Positions 11,611 through 23,290 of a stretch of DNA of 64,000 bases are shown in pieces. Origin of the DNA: Callorhinchus milii (Eukaryota); assembly GCF_018977255.1 (NCBI RefSeq), contig NW_024704742.1, positions 90,770,001 to 90,834,000 of the forward strand, written 5' to 3'. A program made the translations under genes and the position numbers. Numbering within the stretch: position 1 is the first letter of the stretch; each line of letters begins with the position of its first letter. The notes below the pieces were generated by a model. That model worked only from the letters and a program-made list of their open reading frames with translations. It did not search any database and was not told the DNA's origin.

Positions 11611-13349
11611 TAGGCCCCTGACATGGGAACATATCAAATGGCATCATTAGTGCAGGATAAGTAAAAGACTTTGCTATGAAATGGAGGGGGCAGAGGGAGT
11701 TGCATATTTTTTTCTAACAGAGCAGTTGTTTTGTGCAAATATCACCATTTTTTTCTGCCAACCTCAGCTTGCAATTGACTACCGTCAGATACATAATGGA
11801 CATTTTTTCCCCCCATTTAACTCGAGCTCTTTAAATAAGCATGAAAGCAGAAAGAAGACAGTATCACAGCTCGATTCTCCCAGTCAACTTTCTGTAGCTT
11901 TTAAATGTGAACTCCTCCTAAGTGTTAACTTGGCCTTAAGCATACTTGTGACTTATGAAGGGAATCTGTAGAGTTGCTGAGTTTCCACTAACACTAGCAG
12001 TGGGGAATCTTTGTGTTTTAAGTGCCTCCAATTAGCTGATGGCTGAAAGGACTTGGTTAAATCTGACAGGTATATTATCTGCACTGGAACACTGAAGGGG
12101 CTTTATGCCAGAAAGATATTAAGTGGTCTCAGTTCAGAGAGGTTATTTGAAATAGGTGCGTCTCAAACGAGGGTGGGCCAGTTTTACAAGGGTGGACGGC
12201 CTGGAAGAGGAGTCATTTAGGGGCTACGTGCGAGGGGCAGGCATTTCTGTGATCACTCTAGCGGAAAAGAAGAGCCCTCTTGTGGGGGTCTGCAGTTGTC
12301 ACTTCAAATATTCTGGTATCATAAAAAATGCATGGGAGACCAAGCCATCATTTAGAGAACCTGCCTGGCTTACGTGCTATAAAAAAAGGAAAAATATAAA
12401 AGACAGAGCAATTCTTTTTTTCTGCATTGGGGGAGGAGGCAGGCAGGGGCCACTATCTTGTCAGCAATTAAAGAAAGTCTCTGTGGACCAAGGAAGCTTT
12501 ATGTCACACAAAACATTTGCCTGCAAAATTGCCTCTGAACTTGATTTAAACAGAAATGCTTTTGTCTGTGAAAGAGTGACAGGCAAGCAAAAGTTCAACC
12601 TGAATCCTTTTCTGCCTCGTGGTAGAAAGTAGGGAGCCATTAGACAACACCTCGGTGAGACTGTAAAACCTAGTGCTGTTGTACAGCAGTGCGTACAATG
12701 TAAACACTTTATGAACTGAACAGTCTGATCCATTTGGCTGTCTGGACAAGAGGTCCCTTGGTACCAGAGAGACAGCTATCAGGCCAGAATTGGTCAATGC
12801 AGCATGTCTAATGGTGAGAAGACATTTGAAGGACTTAGTATTGCCACCATACACTCTAAATAGCCTCCTTGCGCCCAGCTTCTTATTGCAAACCATTCAA
12901 TTAAAGAAGGATGTTTTGCCACAGCACATTTCAAGAACTCAAGTCATCCTATTTATATTGTAGCTTTGCCACCTGGGCTTTAGAGTCCGAACAGCTTTTC
13001 CATTGAATTCTGGTGCATTTTCTTTAAAACAAGAGAACAAATTAAAAACAAAACAGAAAAACTTTCTTGCCAGAAAATCTCCGTTTGGATTTAGAAATAA
13101 AACACAATCCTTATTCTTTTCTTCAGCCTACTTTGATTTGAAATGACTTACTGCCCTGCCCACCCCTTCCACCAACAAATTTCTTTCCTTCAATTTTAAC
13201 TAAACATCATCCAGCCGGTCCAGGCAATTTAATTCCTGTCACTCCGAATCCTCTCCTCTGTTTTGGTGACTTTAGGTGGGGAAGGGTTGCGGCTGTCATC
13301 ACAAAACAATTATATGTATTTATAAAATTGGTCATTCACTTCATGGCAA

Positions 13350-13717
13350 TAATAATAATAATAATCCTTGCATTTGATATATCGCTTGTCACATCATTGA
13401 GACATCAAGACAAGTGCTTCATACAAAAACCGTAAAGTGGATTGACTGTACATTTTGTGGGTGAAATGTGGCAGCTAATTGCACACAGGATTGTCCCACA
13501 AATAGTGGTGGATTGAGTGACCAAATTATTATTTATTTTTTTTGGAGGGTTTATTACCCCCGGAAAATGAACCATCAATCAACTAACACGAGGGTTCCTA
13601 CATAATGCTCAGCAATCAGAGAGGTGTGGTGTGCTTAAGGTTTCACCCCGTATGGGAATCGAACCCAGGTCCTCTCACTTGTGAGGTGAGTGCCCTAACC
13701 AATACCCTACAGGACTC
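13350..13717 (-). mobile_element. tRNA-derived SINE, long form, apparently nested in an older plus-strand SINE
   Basis: Minus-strand head GAGTCCTGTAGGGTATTGGTTAGGGCAC...GGTTCGATTCC and (ATT)n tail. Flanks 13325-13345 and 13745-13840 are pieces of a plus-strand SINE 3' region. Confidence 0.85.
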
Positions 13718-13877
13718 TGTGTAAATCGATTCCAACATTCATCTGCAAAATACAGTTACTACACTCAGCAAGAAATCCTGTGAAGTGCTTTGAGATGTTT
13801 CAATGATGAAATAAGGCACTATATTAAATGCAAGGATTTTCAGATTCTTGAATTTAGATTATCTCCAGGAATAGTGG

Positions 13878-14108
13878 GGGAAGAAATTCCACCCACTGTT
13901 ACCCTTAAGACCATATTATTTTCAAAATGTAAATTGTGCAGAATGGTGGAAAATTCTTAAATTTAGCCTTAATGTGAAAGACGGTTTTCTGCATTTCTTA
14001 AAAAAGAAACCGACTTCCAAATTAAGACTGAATTTAAGAATTTTCCACAATTCTGTATGAGCATATAATTTAAGATAAAAAAAAACAGTAAAAGGTGACA
14101 TTTCAAGC
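13878..14108. mobile_element. Palindromic MITE-like element, family A
   Basis: Inverted arms GAATGGTGGAAAATTCTTAAATT / AATTTAAGAATTTTCCACAATTC; related to 20305, 29525, 35925 and 58774. Confidence 0.7.
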
Positions 14109-14672
14109 TACTTCCAAGCTGCAGAAAGATTCTAACTGGAATATGTGAACATTGTAGATAAAAAATATGAAACTAATATCAAGGAAAGCAATTAAAATAG
14201 AGGTGGCAAAGGGGGGGCAGACGCAGGTGTTTGACATAGGCTGTGTCTTCTTTGAGTGGAGTAGATTAAAAGAATCACGTGACAGTCTACGCTCAGGGAT
14301 ATACTCTTCGAAGTTCAGAGTAGATCTGTTAAGGCAAATGAGGTGTAAATGAGGCTGAGTACATATCAAGACAGAGTTTAAAGAATCTGAAAGATATGTT
14401 AATAAGACAGCATAACATAGTCCTTTCCTACTCTTGATTATCAAGGATTCATAGATTTGTATCAATACAGAAGAAGGCCATTCAGCCATCATTCCTGTAT
14501 TGACTCTCTTGTTATTAAGAGCTATCCATTTTTCCTCTCTCCCCTGTCTTTTCCCAGTACTTTTGTATTTTTCCTTTTTTGTCAAATTCTTTGGGACGCT
14601 ACCCTATGTGAGGGTGCTATATAAATGCAAGTTGTTGTTGTAGATATTTGCTAAATTCCCTTTTAAGGTGTT

Positions 14673-15062
14673 AGTCTGACTCATTGATAGCAATGGCGTC
14701 CCTGAGAAAGATGGTTGGGAGTTCAGGCCCCACATAGGGACATTGAACTCATATATTTCTAGACTGACACTGCAATGCAGTATTGAGGGAGTTGTCAGAG
14801 GTTCCGTCCTTCAGATGAATTGTTAAAATGAGATCCTGTCTGCCTGCCTTGGTGGACATTAATGGTGTTCGGGCCAAGAATCCTCAAAATAAAATTGGTC
14901 CCTCACTCCGTGGCTGTTGTGGGACATTGCTGAGTACATATTGGCTACCCTGTTCATCCCTAAAATACACGCAGTCACACCACCTTACAGAATATCCCGT
15001 GAAGTACATTGAGATGCCTCAGCAACATGGTAAGGCACTATATGAAATGCAAGGATTTTTAT
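14673..15062 (+). mobile_element. Deu-domain SINE
   Basis: tRNA-like head, Deu-like core GAGGTTCCGTCCTTCAGATGA...GAGATCCTGTCTGCCTG, and the shared L2-type tail. Confidence 0.75.
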
Positions 15063-15676
15063 TTAAAAGCTGTTATGGATTCTTCACATACCATCATTTT
15101 TTCGTAGACCACTCCATGTCTTAATGAGCCTCTGTGTAAAAGAAATCCTCCTCACCTCTCCTTTTTTTTCTGGTAATGGTCTTAAATTTATACACTCCAT
15201 TTACTGACTTGCCGGCTCTTCTTTAATAAAAATCTGCTTTACCAGCTTTGATTCGTGATAATTTTATCATTTTGTTCCGTGTTTCTGTGAAAGACATCGC
15301 AAGACTGAGTCGGCAGTATTCTTAAAATGGGGTTTGTGATGTCCATTGCAAAATTTGTTTCCATGTAAATTTGTGGCAAAGTTTACAAAATATAATATAA
15401 TTTGCATTTATGAAGTGCCTTTTGGTAAAATATTTGGGCTCCTGAGTCAGCAAAAATGGATAGCAAACAAAATTCCAGCAGGAGATAGCTGGCCATTGTC
15501 TTTGTGGGCCTTTCTCCAGACTTTGGTGACTTGGGATTCGTGGGCTGCATATTTCTCAAAACTGGAAAGTCACAAGCTGGAAATTGCATTTTTTGAAAGT
15601 GGCAGATTAAAGCACTAACTTCTTTCAGCCAACATGTCTGTAATAAACATTTAGTCCTAGACTCGAGGATGTGGTT

Positions 15677-16000
15677 AGGTCCTGTAGCATATTGTTTAGA
15701 GTGAGAAGACCCAGGTTTGTTTCTCGGGTGGGATGAAACCTTAGGCGAGTTTCCTTACTCCTGCCTCTATTTACCTCGCAGTAATTAGGAACCGGGTTGT
15801 TAGTCGATTGGTAGATCGCTCTTCTGGAAGTAATAATCTCTTCAAAATTAAATAAATAAATAAATAAATTGGTCACTCAATCCACGACTGCTTGTGGGAC
15901 ACTGCTGTGCGCAATTCACTTTACAATATATTCTGTGAAGCGCTTTGAGACATCATGAAGATGTGATAAAGCACTATATCAAATGCAAGGATTATTATTA
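15677..16000 (+). mobile_element. tRNA-derived SINE, long form
   Basis: GGTCCTGTAGC...GACCCAGGTTT head, GAGTTTCCTTACTCC body, CAAATGCAAGGATTATTATT tail. Confidence 0.8.
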
Positions 16001-17444
16001 TGTGAGGACAACCTTAAATGTCACTGGTCATCTTTGTTTTGTCATAGCTTTTGTAATTTGAAATCATAATTTACTTGCAATTTACAGCAAATGGTAAACG
16101 TTACATTTCAAGGTTTGGAGTAGGACTTGACATGTCCTTTCAGTTTAACCGTTTACAATTCAGACATCAAGACTTGATTTATGCACCCTGATCATTATGA
16201 ATGACAAATTTTGGATACTTGTCAATTCAATGTTTCTTTTACTTAACAAACTGAGCTAACCTTGAGGAAACGTCAAGCAATATTTTAGGATCTCTTATTG
16301 TGCCTGTTTATTCGATCTCAATAAAGATACAGATCACATTTGATTTGGTCAAAAGTGGCATTTTGTTGATGAAATATTTTTGTTATTAAGTTACAGCATT
16401 GTTAAAAAAAACAATGGCAAAGTATCCCTGGCAACTACACTAAACTTGAAAATGCTTCACAAAGTGAGTCAATCAGGGTTGTCAGCAAAACAAAAGGGCC
16501 AACTTCTCAAGACTCTTTAGATTCTGAAAGAAAATTCCACTTCAATTCACTACGCATCAGAGAGTATCCAAAAACTTTTACATTTTCATATTGTATGGAA
16601 GCAATTACTGGTACCGAGGGTTTTACACACCCACAAAGGGTCAAGAGCAAAAATCCCTCCTTTTTTTTTCTCTCTGAGCAAAATTACTTTCGTATGGGAG
16701 GAAGCAGGGTTCAGGGCACTTTATTAGGAGAAAAAATATTAATCACAATTTGATGCAGAACACACATTTCACTGTTAGAATTAACAAGCTGTATAGTAAA
16801 AATCTACCACATAATAGAGTCCATATTTGCCTGCTTAATTAGACTTGAATTGTCAGACCTCTGCAAAGCTTCAGGATCAAATTATTCTCCACGGTGGAAC
16901 TCCTACAAACACCATTACACTGGTAGATGATCTGATTAGGGCTCTCATGCACACTTGGTTCTGAGATTAACCCTTGTTTCATCACAGACCCAGATTACCA
17001 GAGTTCCCGTAGTTGTTTGAAGGTTTTCTTTTCAGCCGCTAAAGGTTTTAGATGTAAACTGGTCGGATTCAGAGTGATATGAAATGTGGGTGAGGGGCCC
17101 CTGGAGGGGAAGACACATTTCTACATTTTCTTGAAATTGAACCGCTTTTGGAAACAGAATAGAGTTTGCCTCTCTTCCCTACCCCCCCACCCCCCTATTG
17201 CCCATTCTTCGATCCACTTTACTGTGTGTTTTAGGGGGAGAGGCTCTAGGTGCGTGTTTTACAAAAGGTCCTCCCAGGAATAATCGTCAGTGACACCGTG
17301 GACTTTTTAGGTGAAAGACAAGAGCAGTGAAAATTTTCATATTTTGTAACAGATTTGATGTGCAGTGATAATCAACACATCAAATCTATTATAAAACTTG
17401 GCAATTTCCACCCTAAGTTGATCTTCTGTCAAGGTGTACAAGTA

Positions 17445-19170
17445 AACAACAACAAAGTTACATTTATATAGCGCCTTTCACGTTGGGAGGATGCCCCAAA
17501 GCTCTGGACAGTGTTTCGAACCTGAGCAGGGAGGGTGGAGGACGGGGTAAAGGAGGATGACCAAAGGCACAGTTGAAGAGGAGGGTCTTGAGATAGGTCT
17601 TGAAGGAGGCAAGGGAGGGGGTGAGGTGGAGGGACTGCCCGCCAATGTAGGGGCAGGTGAGGTGCGGGACGTGAAGCAGGCCGGAGCTCACTGAGCGGAG
17701 GGAGCGAACAGGATGGTAGGGCGTTAGGAGGTCACATAGGTAGGGGGGAGCAAGGCCATGGAGGGCTTTGAAAGTGAGGACCAGGATCTTGAACTGTATC
17801 CTCTGTGTGATGGGAAGCCATTGGAGTCGGGCGAGGATAGGGTTTATAGGGTCACGGAACCTGGTGTGGGAAAGGACATGGGCTGCAGAGTTCTGAATGA
17901 TTTGCAGCCTATGGAGGGAGGAGTTGGGGAGGCCGACAAGCAGGGAGTTTGTGTAGTCGAGCCTGGATGGTATGAATGCCTGTATGAGGGTTTCAGTGGC
18001 CTACGATGTAAGACAGTGGTGGAGCCGGGTGATGTTGCGAAGGTGGGGGAAGACAGAGTGGGACATGGAACGGATGTGGGATAGAAAGGACAGTTGAGGG
18101 TCAAACAAGATGCTTCAGTTATGGACTGGCTCAGTGAGGTGGAGTGTGCATCCTTGGAATGTGATGCTGTCAGCGCCTGAGGTGTGGATGCGCTGACGGG
18201 AGCCAATCAGGAGAGCCTCGGTCTTGTTAGCGTTCAACTGAAGAAAGTTAGCTCTCATCCAGGACTTGATGTCTGACAGACATTCTGTCAGGACAGCAGT
18301 GGTCCTGGAGTCAAGGGTGTTAGCAGAGAGATAGAGTTGGGTATCATCCGCATACATGTGGAAATTGACTCCATGTCTGCGGATGATGTAACCAAGAGGG
18401 AGCATATAGGGATTGAAGAGGAGGGGACCAAGGACAGAACCCTGAGGAACTCCACACAAGATGGTACGGGGGCTAGAGGAGAAGCCGTTTGTGGAGATGA
18501 AATGGAGATGATGTGAGAGGTACGATCTGAACCATTCAAGGACAGAGCCATGAAGGTTGAGGTGAGAGGAGAGGCGGTGGATGAGTATAGAGTGGTCAAT
18601 GGTATCGAAGGCAGCAGAGAGGTCAAAGAAGACGAGGAGGCAGAGGGAGCCTTCATTGCAGATGGACAGAATGTCATTTGTTACTTTGACCAAAGCTGTT
18701 TCTGTGCTGTGAGCGGCACAGAAACCCGATTGAAGTGCATCGTGAAGGGACTGGAGGGATAGGAAGGAGAGAAGCTGAGAAGCAATGACTCATTCCAGGA
18801 CCTAGGAAAGGGAGATTGAAAATGGGGCGGTAATTTGAGACCAGCCATGGGTCCACGGAGAGTTTTTTAAGGATAGTATGCAGACGGTCGTTTTTAAAGA
18901 GGTGGGAATGGTGCCAGTGGACAGGAAGAGGTTTATGATGTTTGTGAGTAGAGGGGCAAGGAGGTGGAGTTGGGAGGTAAGGAGTGGGATAGGGATGGGG
19001 TCGAGGGAGCAGGTGGTCTGTTTCATGTGGGTTTTGGTGGTGATAAGAGAGTAGTGGGAGACAGATTCGAAGGTGTGGAGGGACGAGATGGAGCGTACCG
19101 AGATGGGCCCAACTGAAACAGACCCAACCGAGGATATCGAGACCTCCCCTTTGTGGTGGTGGTGGGAGTT
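17445..19170 (-). mobile_element. L2-clade LINE, 5'-truncated and frameshifted
   Basis: RT motifs DLSAAFDTIDH, GVPQGSVLGPLLF and YADDTQLY (ORF 18115-18693); upstream TTCSLDPIP and NYRPIFNLPFL; tail GTGAAAGGCGCTATATAAATG...(TTG)n. Confidence 0.93.
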
Positions 19171-19264
19171 GGGGTGAAAATGCTCTGGTAATCTTAATAG
19201 TAAAAATGATATAGTACCTAACTCAGCTGCTCGCACATCCAAAGTTGGATTAAGTTTTAATTGT

Positions 19265-19410
19265 AATAATAATCCTTGCAATTGATAAAGCGCCTTATCA
19301 CATCATTGAGACGTCTCAAAACACTTCACAGAATATACTGTAAAGTGGATTGACTGTATTTTGTGGGCGAAACGCGGCAGCCAAGTCCGCACAGCAGTGT
19401 CCTTAACACT
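19265..19410 (-). mobile_element. SINE 3' fragment
   Basis: AATAATCCTTGCA...CACAGAATATACTGTAAAGTG...GCGGCAGCCAA. Confidence 0.8.
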
Positions 19411-19917
19411 TCTGGAAACGGTTTGATTTTATGAAATGCGTCCCCTCCAGGAACCCCACAACACAGTTGAACCCACTCTTAGTGTGATCGGTTTATGTCA
19501 AAGTCTTGTAACAATAATAATGCCTGTAACCTGCAAGCAACAAAGGCACTCTGGTCATCTGGGTCCAAACCTAGGCAAAGAGTTGAAATGAAAGACAGCT
19601 GTGGATGAGGATCATCTGCCAGTGTAATGATGTGTGTACGACGTGTACCGGCAAGAATAATTTTATCCTGTGGGGTTACATGCAGTGAGTGAGGCAATAG
19701 TGTGAACATGTTAGTGAGGTGGATACATTTATAGGTACTGGTCTGTTGCCCAGTGTTAGGGTGAAAGCAAACCTCTTGCCCTGTGGCAATGGTAGTGGGG
19801 GACAAACGGACATGGAATTTATGGAAGACAGCAAACCAATATCAGACAAATTGTCCAAGACAGGAAAATGAGTACTGCTTCCATACAATCCACTGACCCC
19901 CACTCTGACATGATATG

Positions 19918-20110
19918 ATAATAATAATATCCTTGCGTTTGACATAGGGCCTTTCACGTCGGGAGGACGTCTCAAAGTGCTTCAAAGGATTTACTGTAAA
20001 ATGCAGTGAGTATTTATTTTGCAATAACTATGTATTCTGTAGGGGAACACAGGAACCAGTTTGCTTATAGTAGAGTCCCACATTCAACTACAAAATAACT
20101 GACCAATTTT
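19918..20110 (-). mobile_element. SINE 3' fragment
   Basis: ATAATAATATCCTTGCGTTTGA...TTTCACGTCGGGAGGACGTCTCAAAG. Confidence 0.7.
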
Positions 20111-20304
20111 ATTTGTGTTCATTAATACACTATTGAAAGATGTAGCCAGTTGATGTCTTAATTTTTCAACAAGTCTGTGATTGTGACTCCCCCTCCTCTT
20201 TCCACTCTATCAGAATTGTTGGGGTCAAAACTGCTCATGTCATGTATTGAAGCACATTGGAATCATATTCATCTTTTTGGACTTATCCTGGTGTGGCAAT
20301 TCTG

Positions 20305-20520
20305 TAGAGATCCGAATCTTAACCTATAAGACAATTTTATCTTAGAATTTATGTTCTTGTAGGATTATATGAAATTCTTAAATTCAGTTTTAATTTTTGG
20401 TATGTCCTGTGGAAAATCAGCTTCTAAATTAAGCTTGATAATTTTCCACAATTCTGAGTGATCTTACATTTTAAGCTAAAATCGCCTTGCAGGCTAAGAC
20501 TAGGTGGAATTTCAGACCTC
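20305..20520. mobile_element. Palindromic MITE-like element, family A
   Basis: The right arm TTTTCCACAATTCTGAGTGATCTTA...GCAGGCTAAGACTAGGTGGAATTTC is nearly the same as 58890-58960. Confidence 0.7.
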
Positions 20521-20589
20521 TGGAGAGTAGCCATCTTGGCACAATATTCAGAATAGAAATATGGTTCTAATCCCATTCCTGCTCACTCA

Positions 20590-20760
20590 TTTGATATTGT
20601 GCCTTAGCACATTGTTGAGATGTCTCAAAGCGCTTCTCAGAATATACTGTAAAGTGAATTGACTGTAAATTAACAGTAAATTGACTGAGCAAAAAGCAGC
20701 AGCCAACTGTGGACAACAGTGTCCCACAAACGGTCGTGGATTGAGTGACCAAATTATTAT
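20590..20760 (-). mobile_element. SINE 3' fragment
   Basis: CATTTGATAT...GAATATACTGTAAAGTGAATTGACTG...GTCCCACAAACGGTCGTGGATTGAGTGACC. Confidence 0.8.
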
Positions 20761-20914
20761 AATTTTCTTTTATAATAATAGCAATACAGAGAAAAGACTC
20801 TGCCCTATATCACACTTTTAAATAAAAAAAAGGGAAACACTCAATAGAAAGTTAAACAAAAAACTTATTTTCCTTGCTTCTGGTTGTGTTTAATGTATAC
20901 TGTAACTTACATTG

Positions 20915-23000
20915 AATTACATAGATTGTTGCAACACAGAAACAGGCCATTCAACTTGTACATTCTAGTGGTTATGCTCCCCACAAGCATCCACCCCTCT
21001 TAATCTCTTCTCCTCTAGCCCAATATTTCTTTCTCCTTCATGTATGCATCAAGTTACCTCTTAAATACGTTGATGTTTTCTTCTTGAACCACAATTTGCG
21101 GTATTGAGTTGCAAATACTCACCAGCCACTGTGTGAAGGAGTTCATCCCAAATTGCCTTTTAGATCTGCTGCTAGCTATCTTGTATTTATGACCCCTCAT
21201 TCTGGACTCACCAACAAGTAGAAATAGTCTATCAATATCCAATTTTTCAAATCCTTCCATAATTTCAACCACCTCTATCAGGGCCCTATTAATTATCTCA
21301 TCTCCAGAGAAAAGGTCCATCCTGTTCAATCTCACTTGATAACCATATCCACTTATCGCTGATAAATTCCTAGTAAAGGATGAGTCCTAATCATTTGTGA
21401 ACAGGTTTGGTATCGGTTCAAAAATAGATCCAATATGGAACACCACATCCGACTTCATGCCAAACTAAAATGGTGTCCTTTACTCCTATTCTTTGTTTCT
21501 TATATTTAGCCACTTTCAATCAATTCTGCCACTGTGACTTCACTCCACATGCCCTGATTTTAATGATAAGTCTCTTATGCGCCTCCTTATCAAAGACCTT
21601 ATGGAAGTCCACATACACCACATCCAATGCATTTCCCTTATCTACTTTATCTGTTACATCTCAAAAAATATTGATAAGTTTCATCAAGCAAGACCTTCTT
21701 TTCATAAATCCATGCAGGCTGTTTTTAATTATATTCTCCTTCTCAAGATGCTAAGTTATTTCACCCTTTATTATAGACTCCAATACCTTGCTCACCACAG
21801 ACGTTAAGATAACCAGCCTGTGGCTTCCTGAATTAGCTCTATCTCCTTTTTTAATAATGGGAATTAAATTGGAGAACCCTCCAGTTCTCTGGCACAATTC
21901 CTTTCTTGAATATCTATCTATATATATAGACAGTATGTGTACTCTGGCCTCACTATCTCCTCCCTAGTTCCTTTCAGGAATCTTGTTTGCAGTCCAGACA
22001 TGCTTTGAAGGAAACAAGGGAGCTAGCAAGACAAAGGGACTGTGGGATGGAATTCCAAAGGATGGGGGCAGAGAAGCTGAAGGCCCGACTGCTGATGGTG
22101 GGGCAGACCGGGCAGGGACCATGGACCAGGCCGAAGTCTGGTGAGCGGAGGAAGCGGATAGGTTTATATGGGGTTAGCAGGTCGCAGAGGTAGGAAGGAG
22201 CAAGGCCATGGAGTGCCCTGAAGGCGAGGATGAAGATTTTGAACTCTATCCGCTGAGGGATGGGGAGCCAGTGGAGCTGGGCAAGGGTGGAGGTGATATG
22301 GTCATGAAGCCTGGAAGAAGATACTAGCTGTGGAGTTCTGGATGATCTGCAGTTTGTGAAGGGAAGAGTTGGGAAGGCCGGCAAGCAGGGAGTTGGCATA
22401 GTCAAGCCTAGATGTAATAAATACATGCGTGAGTGTTTCAGTGGCCTGAGTAGAGAGGCAGTGGCAGAGCACAGCAATGTTGCGGAGATGGGGAAAGGCA
22501 GAGCGGGTCATGGCATGGATGTGGGGGAAAAAGACAGTTGAGGGTCAAACAGGACAACAAGGTTTCGGATTGGCTTAGTAAGGTGGAGTACACATCCATG
22601 AATGGTGATGCTGCCAGTACCTGAGGTTTGGAGGTATTGACAGGGGCAAATAGGAGGGCATCGGTCTCATTGACATTCAACTGGAGAAAGTTAGCTCTCA
22701 TCCAGGACGATGTCTGACAGACATTCTGGAGTCGAGGGTGGAGGCAAAGAGATAGTGTAGGGTGTCATCTGCATACATATGGAAATTGACCCCATGTCTG
22801 CGGTTGATTTCACCAAAGGGAGCATGTAAATATTGAAGAGGAGGTGATGTGACATATTTGTTTAGTATTTCACCGATTTCTTTATTAATCTCCTGTGCGA
22901 TTCATCCCTTACAGATCCAATTTTTTTTTCTATCTCAATGTCTTAATTTCCCAATGTTTCACCCCAGCTTACCCTGGCTAGTTCATTCCTTTTTCCATTG
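20915..23000 (-). mobile_element. CR1-type LINE, degenerate, interrupted by an L2 at 21990-22845
   Basis: C-terminal RGHKYKI...SFTQWLVSICNSIP, an RT-region DVVYVDFHK motif at about 21600 (minus), and an EIGEILNKY motif at about 22855-22880. Confidence 0.75.
21990..22845 (-). mobile_element. L2-clade LINE fragment
   Basis: HVFITSRLDYANSLLAGLP, LHWLPIPQRIEFKI, RAFSFSAPILWNSIP and MRANFLQLNVNET. Confidence 0.9.
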
Positions 23001-23019
23001 TGGTTAGCTTTTTTCAATA

Positions 23020-23290
23020 GAACCACAAAAAATTGAGGCGCAGAGGAGGCTATTCAGCCCATCGTGTCTGTGCCACTCTTTTAAGAGCAATCCTGTCAGT
23101 CCCATTTTCCTGAACTTTCCCCATAACCCTTACAACTTGCTTCTTTTTAACTATTTATCTAATCCCCTTTTAAAGCTAATATGGATTCTGCCTAAACCAT
23201 TACTCTCATCAGGGTATTCCATATCCTAACTACTCTGTGAAAAAAATGTTCCTAACCTCCCCATTTGCTCGTTTGCTAACTATCTTTAGT
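23020..23290 (-). mobile_element. CR1-type 3' end fragment
   Basis: GGAGGCTATTCAGCCCATC terminal motif and an FF...W-type C-terminus on the minus strand. Similar relics occur at about 14440-14560, 25900-26060, 26460-26580, 31040-31280 and 33000-33180. Confidence 0.6.

Noticed and set aside
12156..12632. 158-aa ORF, and similar ORFs at 14103-14585, 37143-37550 and 39337-39789
   Set aside because: Non-ATG starts, no recognisable domain or splice structure; consistent with chance ORFs in non-coding DNA.
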